This document shows, in pieces, positions 9,588 through 16,844 of a stretch of DNA of 20,000 nt. Positions within the stretch are counted from its first letter, which is position 1, and each line of letters starts with the position of its first letter. The DNA lies in assembly GCA_964630685.1 (NCBI GenBank), contig CAZVVW010000004.1, positions 53,454 through 73,453 on the forward strand, read 5' to 3'. A program made the position numbers and the translations under genes. The stretch is from an uncultured Methanosarcinales archaeon (lineage in GTDB: Archaea; Nanobdellota; Nanobdellia; Woesearchaeales; BS150m-G63). The notes under the pieces were generated by a model. That model was not told the origin of the DNA and did no database searches. It saw nothing but the letters and a program-made list of their open reading frames with translations.

Positions 9588-9615
9588 CTTTTTTTAAATT
9601 ATAGTTTGTAGGTAT

Positions 9616-10314
9616 TTAAGTATTTTGCTTTATTTTGAAAGAGTAAGAAATTGCTTCTTGGTCTTTTATTAATTCTATAACTTCTTTTTCATGACCAGCT
9701 CCAATGATTGCTAATATTTTTTTGTTGTTTTGGATTAAATGAAACAGGTTTCTCGCAATTATTTTGTTTCTTTCTTTTATGAGTACTTTGTAGATTGAAG
9801 GATAGCGTTTTTTTACTTTAGCGATTAATTTTTTTATAATTTTTTCATCAGGTACTTTTGTTAGATCAAAATCAATCTCTTTTTTTCTAAAAATAACTGC
9901 TTTGATTATGTCTACTAAAAAATTAAATTTTTCCTTCCAAGTTATTTCTTGAGAAAGTCTTTTGAGGGTGATTTCAATATCTTGATCAATCAAGGCTAAT
10001 TTAATTTTGTGTTTTTTTGCTAGTTTTACTGCTGTGAGCATTTCTGCCCCTGGTTTTACTCCTACAACTTTTCCTAGTTTTTTCTCTGCCCATGCACCAA
10101 TTAAACTGAATATGAACCCCTTGATACCTACTTTGAAAATATCTTTTAGATTGATTGAACGTTTTCCTTTATGGAGAAGCCCATATAATCTTTTTTGATC
10201 TAATTCAATTCCAATTATTTCTGGTTTTTGTGATTCTATGGCTTCTTTTACTTGATTTATGCTTTGTTTTGCGATGTGCGAGGTTCCAATGATTGTTAGG
10301 TTTTTGTATTTCAT
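9616..10314 (-). CDS. TraB/PrgY/GumN (Tiki-like) family protein, soluble domain only
   Basis: IGTSH, IELD..R, PGAEM, LIDQDI..TLKRL, ERN and IGAGH motifs. No C-terminal TM region. Confidence 0.88.
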   Translation of the reverse strand: MKYKNLTIIGTSHIAKQSINQVKEAIESQKPEIIGIELDQKRLYGLLHKGKRSINLKDIFKVGIKGFIFSLIGAWAEKKLGKVVGVKPGAEMLTAVKLAKKHKIKLALIDQDIEITLKRLSQEITWKEKFNFLVDIIKAVIFRKKEIDFDLTKVPDEKIIKKLIAKVKKRYPSIYKVLIKERNKIIARNLFHLIQNNKKILAIIGAGHEKEVIELIKDQEAISYSFKIKQNT

Positions 10315-10491
10315 TTTTTAATTAAGAATACTAATTAAAGGTAATCTTTAAATATTAGTTAGTTTTAATAAAACTATCCATTAAAAAGAAGAAGACAAAC
10401 GAATTAATTAAAATATTTGTCTTCTATAATTATGGTAATCAACTTAATTTATTAATAAATTATGTATATTGCTATATGGAGGGGAATTAAT

Positions 10492-10770
10492 ATGTTAAAG
10501 ATGAAAAGAATATCTGAAGCTTATGATATGAAAGTTTTTACTGATACTGGCGATTATTTTGGAGATGTGGAAGAGTCAATTTTAACACATAACAAAGTTT
10601 TTGGTTGGAGGGTTAAAGCAACAAGAAACTCTTTTTTGAATAAAGTGCTTGGCTCTGCAAAAGGTGTGATTGTACCACATCAATTAGTTAAGTCTATTGG
10701 AGATATCATTATTATCAGTAAAGCTGCTGTGCCTTCTCAAGCATCTGACGATGAAGTAGAAGCAGAGTAG
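10492..10770 (+). CDS. PRC-barrel domain protein (possible CdpB-like cell-division protein)
   Basis: MKVFTDTGDYFGDVEE...VPHQLVKSIGDIIII fits the PRC-barrel pattern. SD-like GGAGGGG at 10478-10484 supports ATG 10492 over 10462. Acidic C-terminal tail. Confidence 0.85.
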   Translation: MLKMKRISEAYDMKVFTDTGDYFGDVEESILTHNKVFGWRVKATRNSFLNKVLGSAKGVIVPHQLVKSIGDIIIISKAAVPSQASDDEVEAE

Positions 10771-10771
10771 A

Positions 10772-10801
10772 TTTTATTTTTTCTATTTCTTTTTTATTTT
10801 T
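10772..10801 (+). terminator. Oligo-T archaeal terminator candidate
   Basis: Several T-runs (ttttattttttctattttctttttta...) directly after the PRC-barrel stop. Confidence 0.5.
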
Positions 10802-10867
10802 CAGGTTTGATTATTTTGGATTTAATTTTACTTACAATGTAAGTATTAAGAAATTAGCTTATTTAGT

Positions 10868-11806
10868 TTATTCTAATAATTCTACACTATCTATTCTTCC
10901 ATCTCCATCAAGATCAAATCCTTGAACAGCTACGGCAAAGGTTTTTTGGTCAGAGAATCTTTGAGTGATTAGTTTGTGGTGTCTTGTTAATGCAAGTACA
11001 GCTGCTTTTGTGCCAAGATACCTTATTCCTGCTAAAACTAATATCTTGTTTTCTGGGTTATAAGGGTTTGGAATTCTTGCTATGAATCCACAAGATTCAT
11101 CTGTGTATTGTTTTCTTGTTTTTTCTGAAATAATTCCATAAGGTTTTTTGTCTGAGAATTTTATTGGGAGCATATCATTTACTTTTGAAACAATAAGGTT
11201 TGTTATAGGCCCTCCGACAAGAATTAAATTATTTTTCTTTTTTGTAGCAATATCTACATCTAAAACCACGCTAAATTTTTTGGGAATTGAGCTATAGTGC
11301 CCAAGAAATAATGCTAAATCAATTGCATAATGTCCATCTCTCGCTCTTGCTTTTTGTGGGCCATGAGGATCTGGACTACCCACCACTATATTGCAATTGA
11401 GTTTGTTATTTTGTATGAATGGTTTGAGAAATTCTTTTAGTTCTTTATCTTTTTCTTCATGAATTAATTTGTCCATATCTTTCCAATTTTGGCTTAGGGA
11501 GATGACAAAATTCATCTCTTTTGGTTTGTATTTTTTTGCTACTGTCCCCCTTATTTCTTTTTTTTCAACTAGTTCGAGAATTCCCGAATTGAGAAGTTGT
11601 TTTATATGGTAGTATACTTTTTGTTCATGTAGTTTTAGTTTTTTAGCTAATTCTGCAGGATACATGGGTTTTTTCGCTAAAGTTTCTAGTATATTGATTC
11701 TTATTGGGTGGTCTATTAAACGCATTGCTGAAGGATTGTGAAATATGAAAGCAGAATCATATACTAATTGATTTTCTTTTTCTCTTATTAGATAATTTTT
11801 AGGCAT
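10868..11806 (-). CDS. ArsR-like winged-helix transcription regulator with a C-terminal alpha/beta domain
   Basis: HPIRINILETLAKKPMYPAELAKKL...QKVYYHIKQL..SG (wHTH). C-domain has IVVGSPDPHGP, NLILVGGPITN, AG...GTKAA and a terminal DLDGDGRID. Confidence 0.8.
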   Translation of the reverse strand: MPKNYLIREKENQLVYDSAFIFHNPSAMRLIDHPIRINILETLAKKPMYPAELAKKLKLHEQKVYYHIKQLLNSGILELVEKKEIRGTVAKKYKPKEMNFVISLSQNWKDMDKLIHEEKDKELKEFLKPFIQNNKLNCNIVVGSPDPHGPQKARARDGHYAIDLALFLGHYSSIPKKFSVVLDVDIATKKKNNLILVGGPITNLIVSKVNDMLPIKFSDKKPYGIISEKTRKQYTDESCGFIARIPNPYNPENKILVLAGIRYLGTKAAVLALTRHHKLITQRFSDQKTFAVAVQGFDLDGDGRIDSVELLE

Positions 11807-12046
11807 TTTTTTAGGTGAGTTTTTTTTGTTTATAAATTTTACTTTTTATTATAACTTTTTTTATAATATTCTTATAATTTTATATAAAGGTATTTTATTT
11901 TAAGTGGTTGTTTAGTGATGGTTTTTTGTTTAGGGGTTTCTTTGCCCTTCTTTGGTTAGATTGGTGGTTTTTTTGGGTTTGTTGGGGTTGGGGGGTCTGT
12001 TAGTGTTTGTTTTTATTTTTTTATTATAATTTAATTCTTAATTAAT

Positions 12047-12055
12047 TATTTAAAT
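12047..12055 (+). promoter_or_regulatory. Candidate TATA box of the amino-sugar operon (probably leaderless transcript)
   Basis: TATTTAAAT about 22-30 nt upstream of ATG 12077, with no SD in between. Confidence 0.45.
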
Positions 12056-12076
12056 GGCTGAATTTTAAATAAGATT

Positions 12077-12775
12077 ATGGCAACTAAAATTGTGATAATG
12101 GCTGCAGGTAAGGGCACAAGAATGATGCCTTTAACGCAGTATGTTCCGAAGACTTTAATTAACGTAGGCGGAAAACCTTTCTTGTATTATGTTATGAAGA
12201 ATGTGTTGAAAGCAGGGTATACAGAGATAGGCATTGTTGTAGGTTATAAAAAAGATAAGATTCAAGAATTTCTTAAAGATTTTGGGTTTAAAGCAAAACT
12301 CATGGAGCAAAAGAAAAGACTTGGTACTGGGCACGCACTTAAACAAATTAAAGGGTTTATAGACGGAGAAGATTTTGTAGTGATTGGTGGAGATAATCTA
12401 TGGTCCACTAATGATTTGAAAGCTATGCGCGGAAAGAGTAAATTTTGTTATATTGCTGGCATGGAACACCCAAGTCCTGAAAAATACGGGGTGCTTCTTG
12501 AAGAAGAAGGTATGTTGAAAAAGATTGTTGAAAAACCAAAGAGTTTTGTTGGTAACTTGATTAATGTAGGGTTGTATAAATTTACTAATGATATTTTTGG
12601 GGCACTTGACAATATTAAGAAATCTGAAAGGGGAGAATATGAATTGACAGACGCAATTTCTTTATTGGCTTCTCAAGGAAAAGTAAAAGTGATGGAGCTT
12701 AAAGATTATTGGTTGGATTTAGGTTGTTTGGATGACATACCCTTGATTGAACAATTCTTGACTAAAAAGATATAG
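12077..12775 (+). CDS. Sugar-phosphate nucleotidyltransferase (GlmU N-domain/RmlA-like), lacking the acetyltransferase domain
   Basis: MAAGKGTRMMPLT...PKTL, LGTGHA, GDN, YGV, IVEKP, SERGEYELTDAI, WLDLG. Ends at 232 aa with no hexapeptide repeats. Confidence 0.9.
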   Translation: MATKIVIMAAGKGTRMMPLTQYVPKTLINVGGKPFLYYVMKNVLKAGYTEIGIVVGYKKDKIQEFLKDFGFKAKLMEQKKRLGTGHALKQIKGFIDGEDFVVIGGDNLWSTNDLKAMRGKSKFCYIAGMEHPSPEKYGVLLEEEGMLKKIVEKPKSFVGNLINVGLYKFTNDIFGALDNIKKSERGEYELTDAISLLASQGKVKVMELKDYWLDLGCLDDIPLIEQFLTKKI

Positions 12776-12779
12776 GAAA

Positions 12780-12860
12780 ATGAGTGGAATTTTTGGTTAC
12801 AAAGGCAAAAAGACTAGGTCTTTAAGCCGTTTAAGAGATTTTGTTGAGGAGATGATTTAA
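12780..12860 (+). CDS. 26-aa micro-ORF resembling the GlmS N-terminus (MSGIFGYKGKKTRSLSRLRDFVEEMI); functional peptide or gene remnant
   Basis: Manual translation. Starts 4 nt after the upstream TAG and its TAA ends 1 nt before the glmS ATG. 7 of the first 9 residues are identical to GlmS (MCGIFGYNG). Confidence 0.55.
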   Translation: MSGIFGYKGKKTRSLSRLRDFVEEMI

Positions 12861-12861
12861 T

Positions 12862-14658
12862 ATGTGTGGGATTTTTGGATATAACGGGACACAGAACTCT
12901 TTTTCTATAGTATTTAATGGACTTAAAGATCTTGAATACAGGGGTTATGACTCTTGGGGTGTTGCTTCTTTGATTGATGGAAATATTAATGTAATTAAAA
13001 AAACCGGAAGGATAGGTGAAGATTTTGGTGGAAAGGAGATTAAAAGTTGTGTTTCTATTGGCCATACTCGTTGGAGTACTCATGGTAAACCTTCTGATAA
13101 AAATGCACATCCACATCTTAGTTGTGATGGAAAGATAGCTGTTGTTCATAATGGGATTATTGAGAATCATGATAAAATTAGGGAAAGATTGAAAGGACAC
13201 AAATTCAAATCTGAGACAGATACAGAAGTGATTGCTCACTTAATAGAAGAATATATGAAGAAGTATGATTATAAAGAAGCGATTGTTAAAGCGCTTGGAG
13301 AATTAGAAGGAAGTTTTGCTTTAATGATATTGAATTCTGAAAGGGAAGATATTATTGCTGTAAGGAGGGGATCTCCATTAGTTATAGGGATTAAAGGGGA
13401 AGAGTTTTTTTTATCTTCTGATCTTTTGGCTTTGTTGAGACACACAAAAGAGATTGTTTTTGTGGAAGACGATGAAATGGTGATTTTTAATTCTGGTTTT
13501 AAAATGATTAATTTTGTTAGTGGCGAGATAGTGAATAGAAATCCAGAAGTCATGGATATTGATTTTAGTGAATCTGATAAAGGAGATTTTAGTCACTTTA
13601 TGCTTAAAGAGATATATGAACAGCCAAAAGCGATTGAAAAAACTATTTCTGGAGATGGTGGCGAAGGGGTTGTATTTCAGATTCCTGATGAAGTGTTTTC
13701 TAAATTGAATAGGGTTGTGATTGTTGCTTGTGGAACTAGTTGGCATGCAGGATTGGTTGGAGAATATTGGATAGAAAGGTTTGCTGGAATACCAGTTGAA
13801 GTAGAATATGCGTCTGAATTTAGGTACAGAAAACCAATTATTGATGAAAATGTTTTAATTATTGCTATAAGTCAAAGTGGAGAGACTGCTGATACACTCG
13901 CTGCTGTAAAAGAGGCTAAAAGTGGGGGTGCGTTTATTTTTTCAATTTGTAATGTTTTTGGAAGCACACTGACTCGACTTTCTGATTTAGTTGTTTATAC
14001 TCGGGCTGGTGCAGAAATAGGGGTAGCTTCTACTAAGGCTTTTACAACTCAATTGAGTGTACTTTATTTGCTTTCTTTGTTTTTTGGGCATAAAAAAGGG
14101 GATTTAGATGATGAGGAAGTGGAAAGGAGAATTGGGTTTTTGAAAGGGGTGCCTAAACAGATAGAAGATATTCTGAATAACGAAAAAAAGGTTAGAGAGA
14201 TTGCTGAAAATTATTATCTTGATAAAAATGCACTTTATTTAGGTAGGGGTTTGAATTTTCCAATTGCCTTGGAAGGTGCGCTGAAATTGAAAGAGGTTTC
14301 TTATATTCATGCTGAAGGATATCCTGCTGCAGAAATGAAGCATGGGCCTATTGCTTTGATTGATAAAGATATGCCTGTTGTGTTTATTGCTGCAAAAGAT
14401 AAAACTTATGAGAAAGTTATGGCAAATATTGAAGAAGTCAAATCAAGAAAAGGGAAGGTGATTGCTTTGGCTAGTGAAGGTGATTCTGTTGTTGCTGGAA
14501 AAGTAGATCATGTGTTATATATCCCTGAAGCAGATCATTTTATACTTCCTTTTTTGACTGTGATTCCTTTACAATTACTCGCTTATTATATTGCTGATTT
14601 AAGGGGGTGTGAAATCGATAAACCCCGTAATCTTGCGAAGAGTGTTACTGTTGAATAA
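12862..14658 (+). CDS. glmS: Glutamine-fructose-6-phosphate aminotransferase (isomerizing)
   Basis: MCGI, LEYRGYDS, GHTRW.THG, HNGIIEN, SETDTEV, ACGTSWHA, SQSGETADT, EGALKLKE, C-terminal PRNLAKSVTVE. SD-like GAGGAG at 12846-12851. Confidence 0.99.
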   Translation: MCGIFGYNGTQNSFSIVFNGLKDLEYRGYDSWGVASLIDGNINVIKKTGRIGEDFGGKEIKSCVSIGHTRWSTHGKPSDKNAHPHLSCDGKIAVVHNGIIENHDKIRERLKGHKFKSETDTEVIAHLIEEYMKKYDYKEAIVKALGELEGSFALMILNSEREDIIAVRRGSPLVIGIKGEEFFLSSDLLALLRHTKEIVFVEDDEMVIFNSGFKMINFVSGEIVNRNPEVMDIDFSESDKGDFSHFMLKEIYEQPKAIEKTISGDGGEGVVFQIPDEVFSKLNRVVIVACGTSWHAGLVGEYWIERFAGIPVEVEYASEFRYRKPIIDENVLIIAISQSGETADTLAAVKEAKSGGAFIFSICNVFGSTLTRLSDLVVYTRAGAEIGVASTKAFTTQLSVLYLLSLFFGHKKGDLDDEEVERRIGFLKGVPKQIEDILNNEKKVREIAENYYLDKNALYLGRGLNFPIALEGALKLKEVSYIHAEGYPAAEMKHGPIALIDKDMPVVFIAAKDKTYEKVMANIEEVKSRKGKVIALASEGDSVVAGKVDHVLYIPEADHFILPFLTVIPLQLLAYYIADLRGCEIDKPRNLAKSVTVE

Positions 14659-14659
14659 A

Positions 14660-15133
14660 ATGGAATTTAGAAAAGCTAACGAATTAGATAAAGAAATGAT
14701 TGGAGAAGTTTTGAGACAGTGTTATAATATTGATTCTGTTGAAGAGGGTGTTGGGGTTTTTATGGAAGAGGTTAGTAAAGGATATAATTTTATTGTTGCT
14801 GAAGAAGCAGGAAAGATAGTTGGTTTGACTAGCTGGACTGTACATGGTTTAGTGAAACATGGATTAGCTGAATTAGATAGGATTGCTGTGTTGTTTGAAT
14901 TTAGACAAAAAGGAGCTGGAAGAGGATTATTTAATTCTTTGATTGAAAATGCTAAAGAATTTTATTCTGTTGAAGGGGGGATGCTTCGGAAAGTGTATTT
15001 GATGACTCATGCAGATAATTTTAATGCTCAAGAATTTTATAATAAATTAGGGTTGAAAAGTGAGGCTAAATTAAAGGACCATTTTTATGATGGCAAAGAT
15101 GAATTAGTTATGTCAATATTTGTGGAGGATTGA
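14660..15133 (+). CDS. GNAT family N-acetyltransferase
   Basis: ELDRIAV...RQKGAGRGL (acetyl-CoA loop) and N..AQEFY.KLG. ATG at 14660, 1 nt after the glmS TAA, preferred over the track's 14609. Confidence 0.9.
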   Translation: MEFRKANELDKEMIGEVLRQCYNIDSVEEGVGVFMEEVSKGYNFIVAEEAGKIVGLTSWTVHGLVKHGLAELDRIAVLFEFRQKGAGRGLFNSLIENAKEFYSVEGGMLRKVYLMTHADNFNAQEFYNKLGLKSEAKLKDHFYDGKDELVMSIFVED

Positions 15134-15138
15134 TTATT

Positions 15139-16812
15139 ATGAAAATTAAGGCGGTTATTTTTGATTTGGATGATACATTGTTTGATTGTAGTGGAATTCT
15201 GGCAGAATCTGCTAGAAAGCGGGCTGCTAAAGCAATGGTTAAAGCTGGTTTGAAATGTAAGTGGGAAAAAGCATATAAGAAGATTAACGAGTTTAAGCGA
15301 AAAAAAGGACCTAAGACAGATGCTTTTCAAAAAGTTGTGGATAAATTCGGACCTAAAGATTATTCTATTGTAAAAGAAGCTATTAAATCATATAATAGTG
15401 AAGAAGGGATTGAAGGGATTGAGTTGTTTCCAGGGGTGAAAGAGACTCTTGCTGAATTGAGAGAAGATTATAAATTGATTTTGGTGACTAGTGGGACAAG
15501 GGTGCGTCAACAGAAAAAAATAGATATGCTTGGGCTGAACCATGATTTTGATTTAATAATTATTGATGAATTGGAAGAACAATTATCAAAAGAAGATAGG
15601 TTTTTAGCTGTTTTAAAGAATTTTAAATTAGTTCCTGAAGAGGTGCTTGTGGTTGGAGATAGAATATTCTCTGAAATTAAAATAGGAAATATTTTGGGAA
15701 TGACGACTGTGCAGATGTTGCATGGTGTTTATAGTGGATTAGTTCCTAAAAGAGGGGTAGAGGCTCCTGATTTTAGGATTACTAAGATTGCTGAATTAAT
15801 TAGAATTTTGGAAGAATTAGAAAATCATAAAGAGTTGAAGGTGGTTGTGATTGGTGGGGGAACTGGATTGCCTTCAATGCTGAAAGGGTTGAAGAAATAT
15901 ACTCGTGAATTGACTGCTGTTGTGGGGGTTACAGATTCTGGTAGAAGTTCTGGAATGCTTAGAAAAGATTTTGATATGGCTCCGCCTGGAGATATAAGAA
16001 ATTGTTTGGTTGCTTTGTCTGATGCTGAAAAACTGATGGGAGATTTATTTCAACACAGATTTATGAATGGTAGTTTAGAAGGGCATTCTTTTGGTAATTT
16101 GTTGATTACTGCGCTTACTCAGACCACTGGCAGTTATGAGAGAGCAATACATGAGGTTGGAGGAATTTTAAAGATAAAAGGTAGGGTGTTGCCTAGCTCT
16201 CACGAAAATGTACATATTTGTGCTGAATTTGAAGATGGAAATGTGATTAAAGAAGAAGATAATATTATTGATAGGCATAATCCTGATGTGCATTTGCGTC
16301 CTAGAATTAAAAAAGTGTTTCTGAGCAAAAAAGTCAAAGTTTGCGGTAGTGCTGTGAATGCTATTATGGATGCAGATATTGTGGTGATTGGTCCTGGAAG
16401 TTTGTTTACTAGTGTGATTACTAATTTACTTGTTAAAGGGATTCGTGATGCTGTTGTTAAGAGTAAAGCTAAGAAAGTTTATGTGTGTAATATAATGGCT
16501 CAACCTTCACAAACTTATGGATTTACATCATCTGAACATGTGGGGGAGATTGAGAAGTATTTAGGGAAAGGGGTTTTAGATTATATTATTTTGAATAATG
16601 AATTGCCCCCCAAGAAATTGTTGAGATTATATGAAAAAGATCATTCTCCTATGGTTGTGGTGGATAGGGTTGGATTGAAGAAATTCAAGGCTAAAAAGAT
16701 AGAGGCAAATATTGTTGAAGATGTTAAGGAGATAAAGGTTTTGTGGAACAAAAAGAATTTACTCAGGCATGATTCTGATAAGATTGCTAAGATAATTGTT
16801 GGGTTGGAATAG
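15139..16812 (+). CDS. yvcK: Fusion of a HAD-superfamily hydrolase (N-terminal about 230 aa) and a YvcK/GlmR (CofD/UPF0052 family) domain
   Basis: HAD motifs FDLDDT, LVTSG, K, VGDRIFSE..G...G. From about 15832: VVIGGGTG, DSGRSSG.LR, PPGDIRNCL, GHSFGNL, IGPGSLFTS, RHD. Single uninterrupted frame. SD GGAGG at 15124-15128 supports ATG 15139. Confidence 0.9.
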   Translation: MKIKAVIFDLDDTLFDCSGILAESARKRAAKAMVKAGLKCKWEKAYKKINEFKRKKGPKTDAFQKVVDKFGPKDYSIVKEAIKSYNSEEGIEGIELFPGVKETLAELREDYKLILVTSGTRVRQQKKIDMLGLNHDFDLIIIDELEEQLSKEDRFLAVLKNFKLVPEEVLVVGDRIFSEIKIGNILGMTTVQMLHGVYSGLVPKRGVEAPDFRITKIAELIRILEELENHKELKVVVIGGGTGLPSMLKGLKKYTRELTAVVGVTDSGRSSGMLRKDFDMAPPGDIRNCLVALSDAEKLMGDLFQHRFMNGSLEGHSFGNLLITALTQTTGSYERAIHEVGGILKIKGRVLPSSHENVHICAEFEDGNVIKEEDNIIDRHNPDVHLRPRIKKVFLSKKVKVCGSAVNAIMDADIVVIGPGSLFTSVITNLLVKGIRDAVVKSKAKKVYVCNIMAQPSQTYGFTSSEHVGEIEKYLGKGVLDYIILNNELPPKKLLRLYEKDHSPMVVVDRVGLKKFKAKKIEANIVEDVKEIKVLWNKKNLLRHDSDKIAKIIVGLE

Positions 16813-16844
16813 TTTTATATACTTGTTTTATATTTTTTCTTTTT

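Noticed and set aside
11975..11995. G-quadruplex in gggtttgttggggttgggggg
   Set aside because: Only three closely spaced G-runs; the fourth (about 11933) is too far away for a canonical motif.
11807..12076. Replication origin at the switch in gene orientation
   Set aside because: No ORB-like repeats recognised, no cdc6/orc1 nearby, and the plus-strand G/T bias appears on both sides.
12776..12861. glmS ribozyme upstream of glmS
   Set aside because: Only 86 nt, no recognisable ribozyme core or multi-helix pairing, and the space is filled by the micro-ORF.
12773..12864. Readthrough or frameshift fusion of nucleotidyltransferase, micro-ORF and GlmS
   Set aside because: The three ORFs are in three different frames, each with its own ATG and stop, and GlmS needs a free N-terminal Cys, so an upstream fusion would inactivate it.
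15832..16812. CofD and F420 biosynthesis
   Set aside because: The motifs (PPGDIRNCL, GHSFGNL, GPGSLFTS, RHD) are YvcK-type, there are no cof genes nearby, and the context is amino-sugar metabolism.
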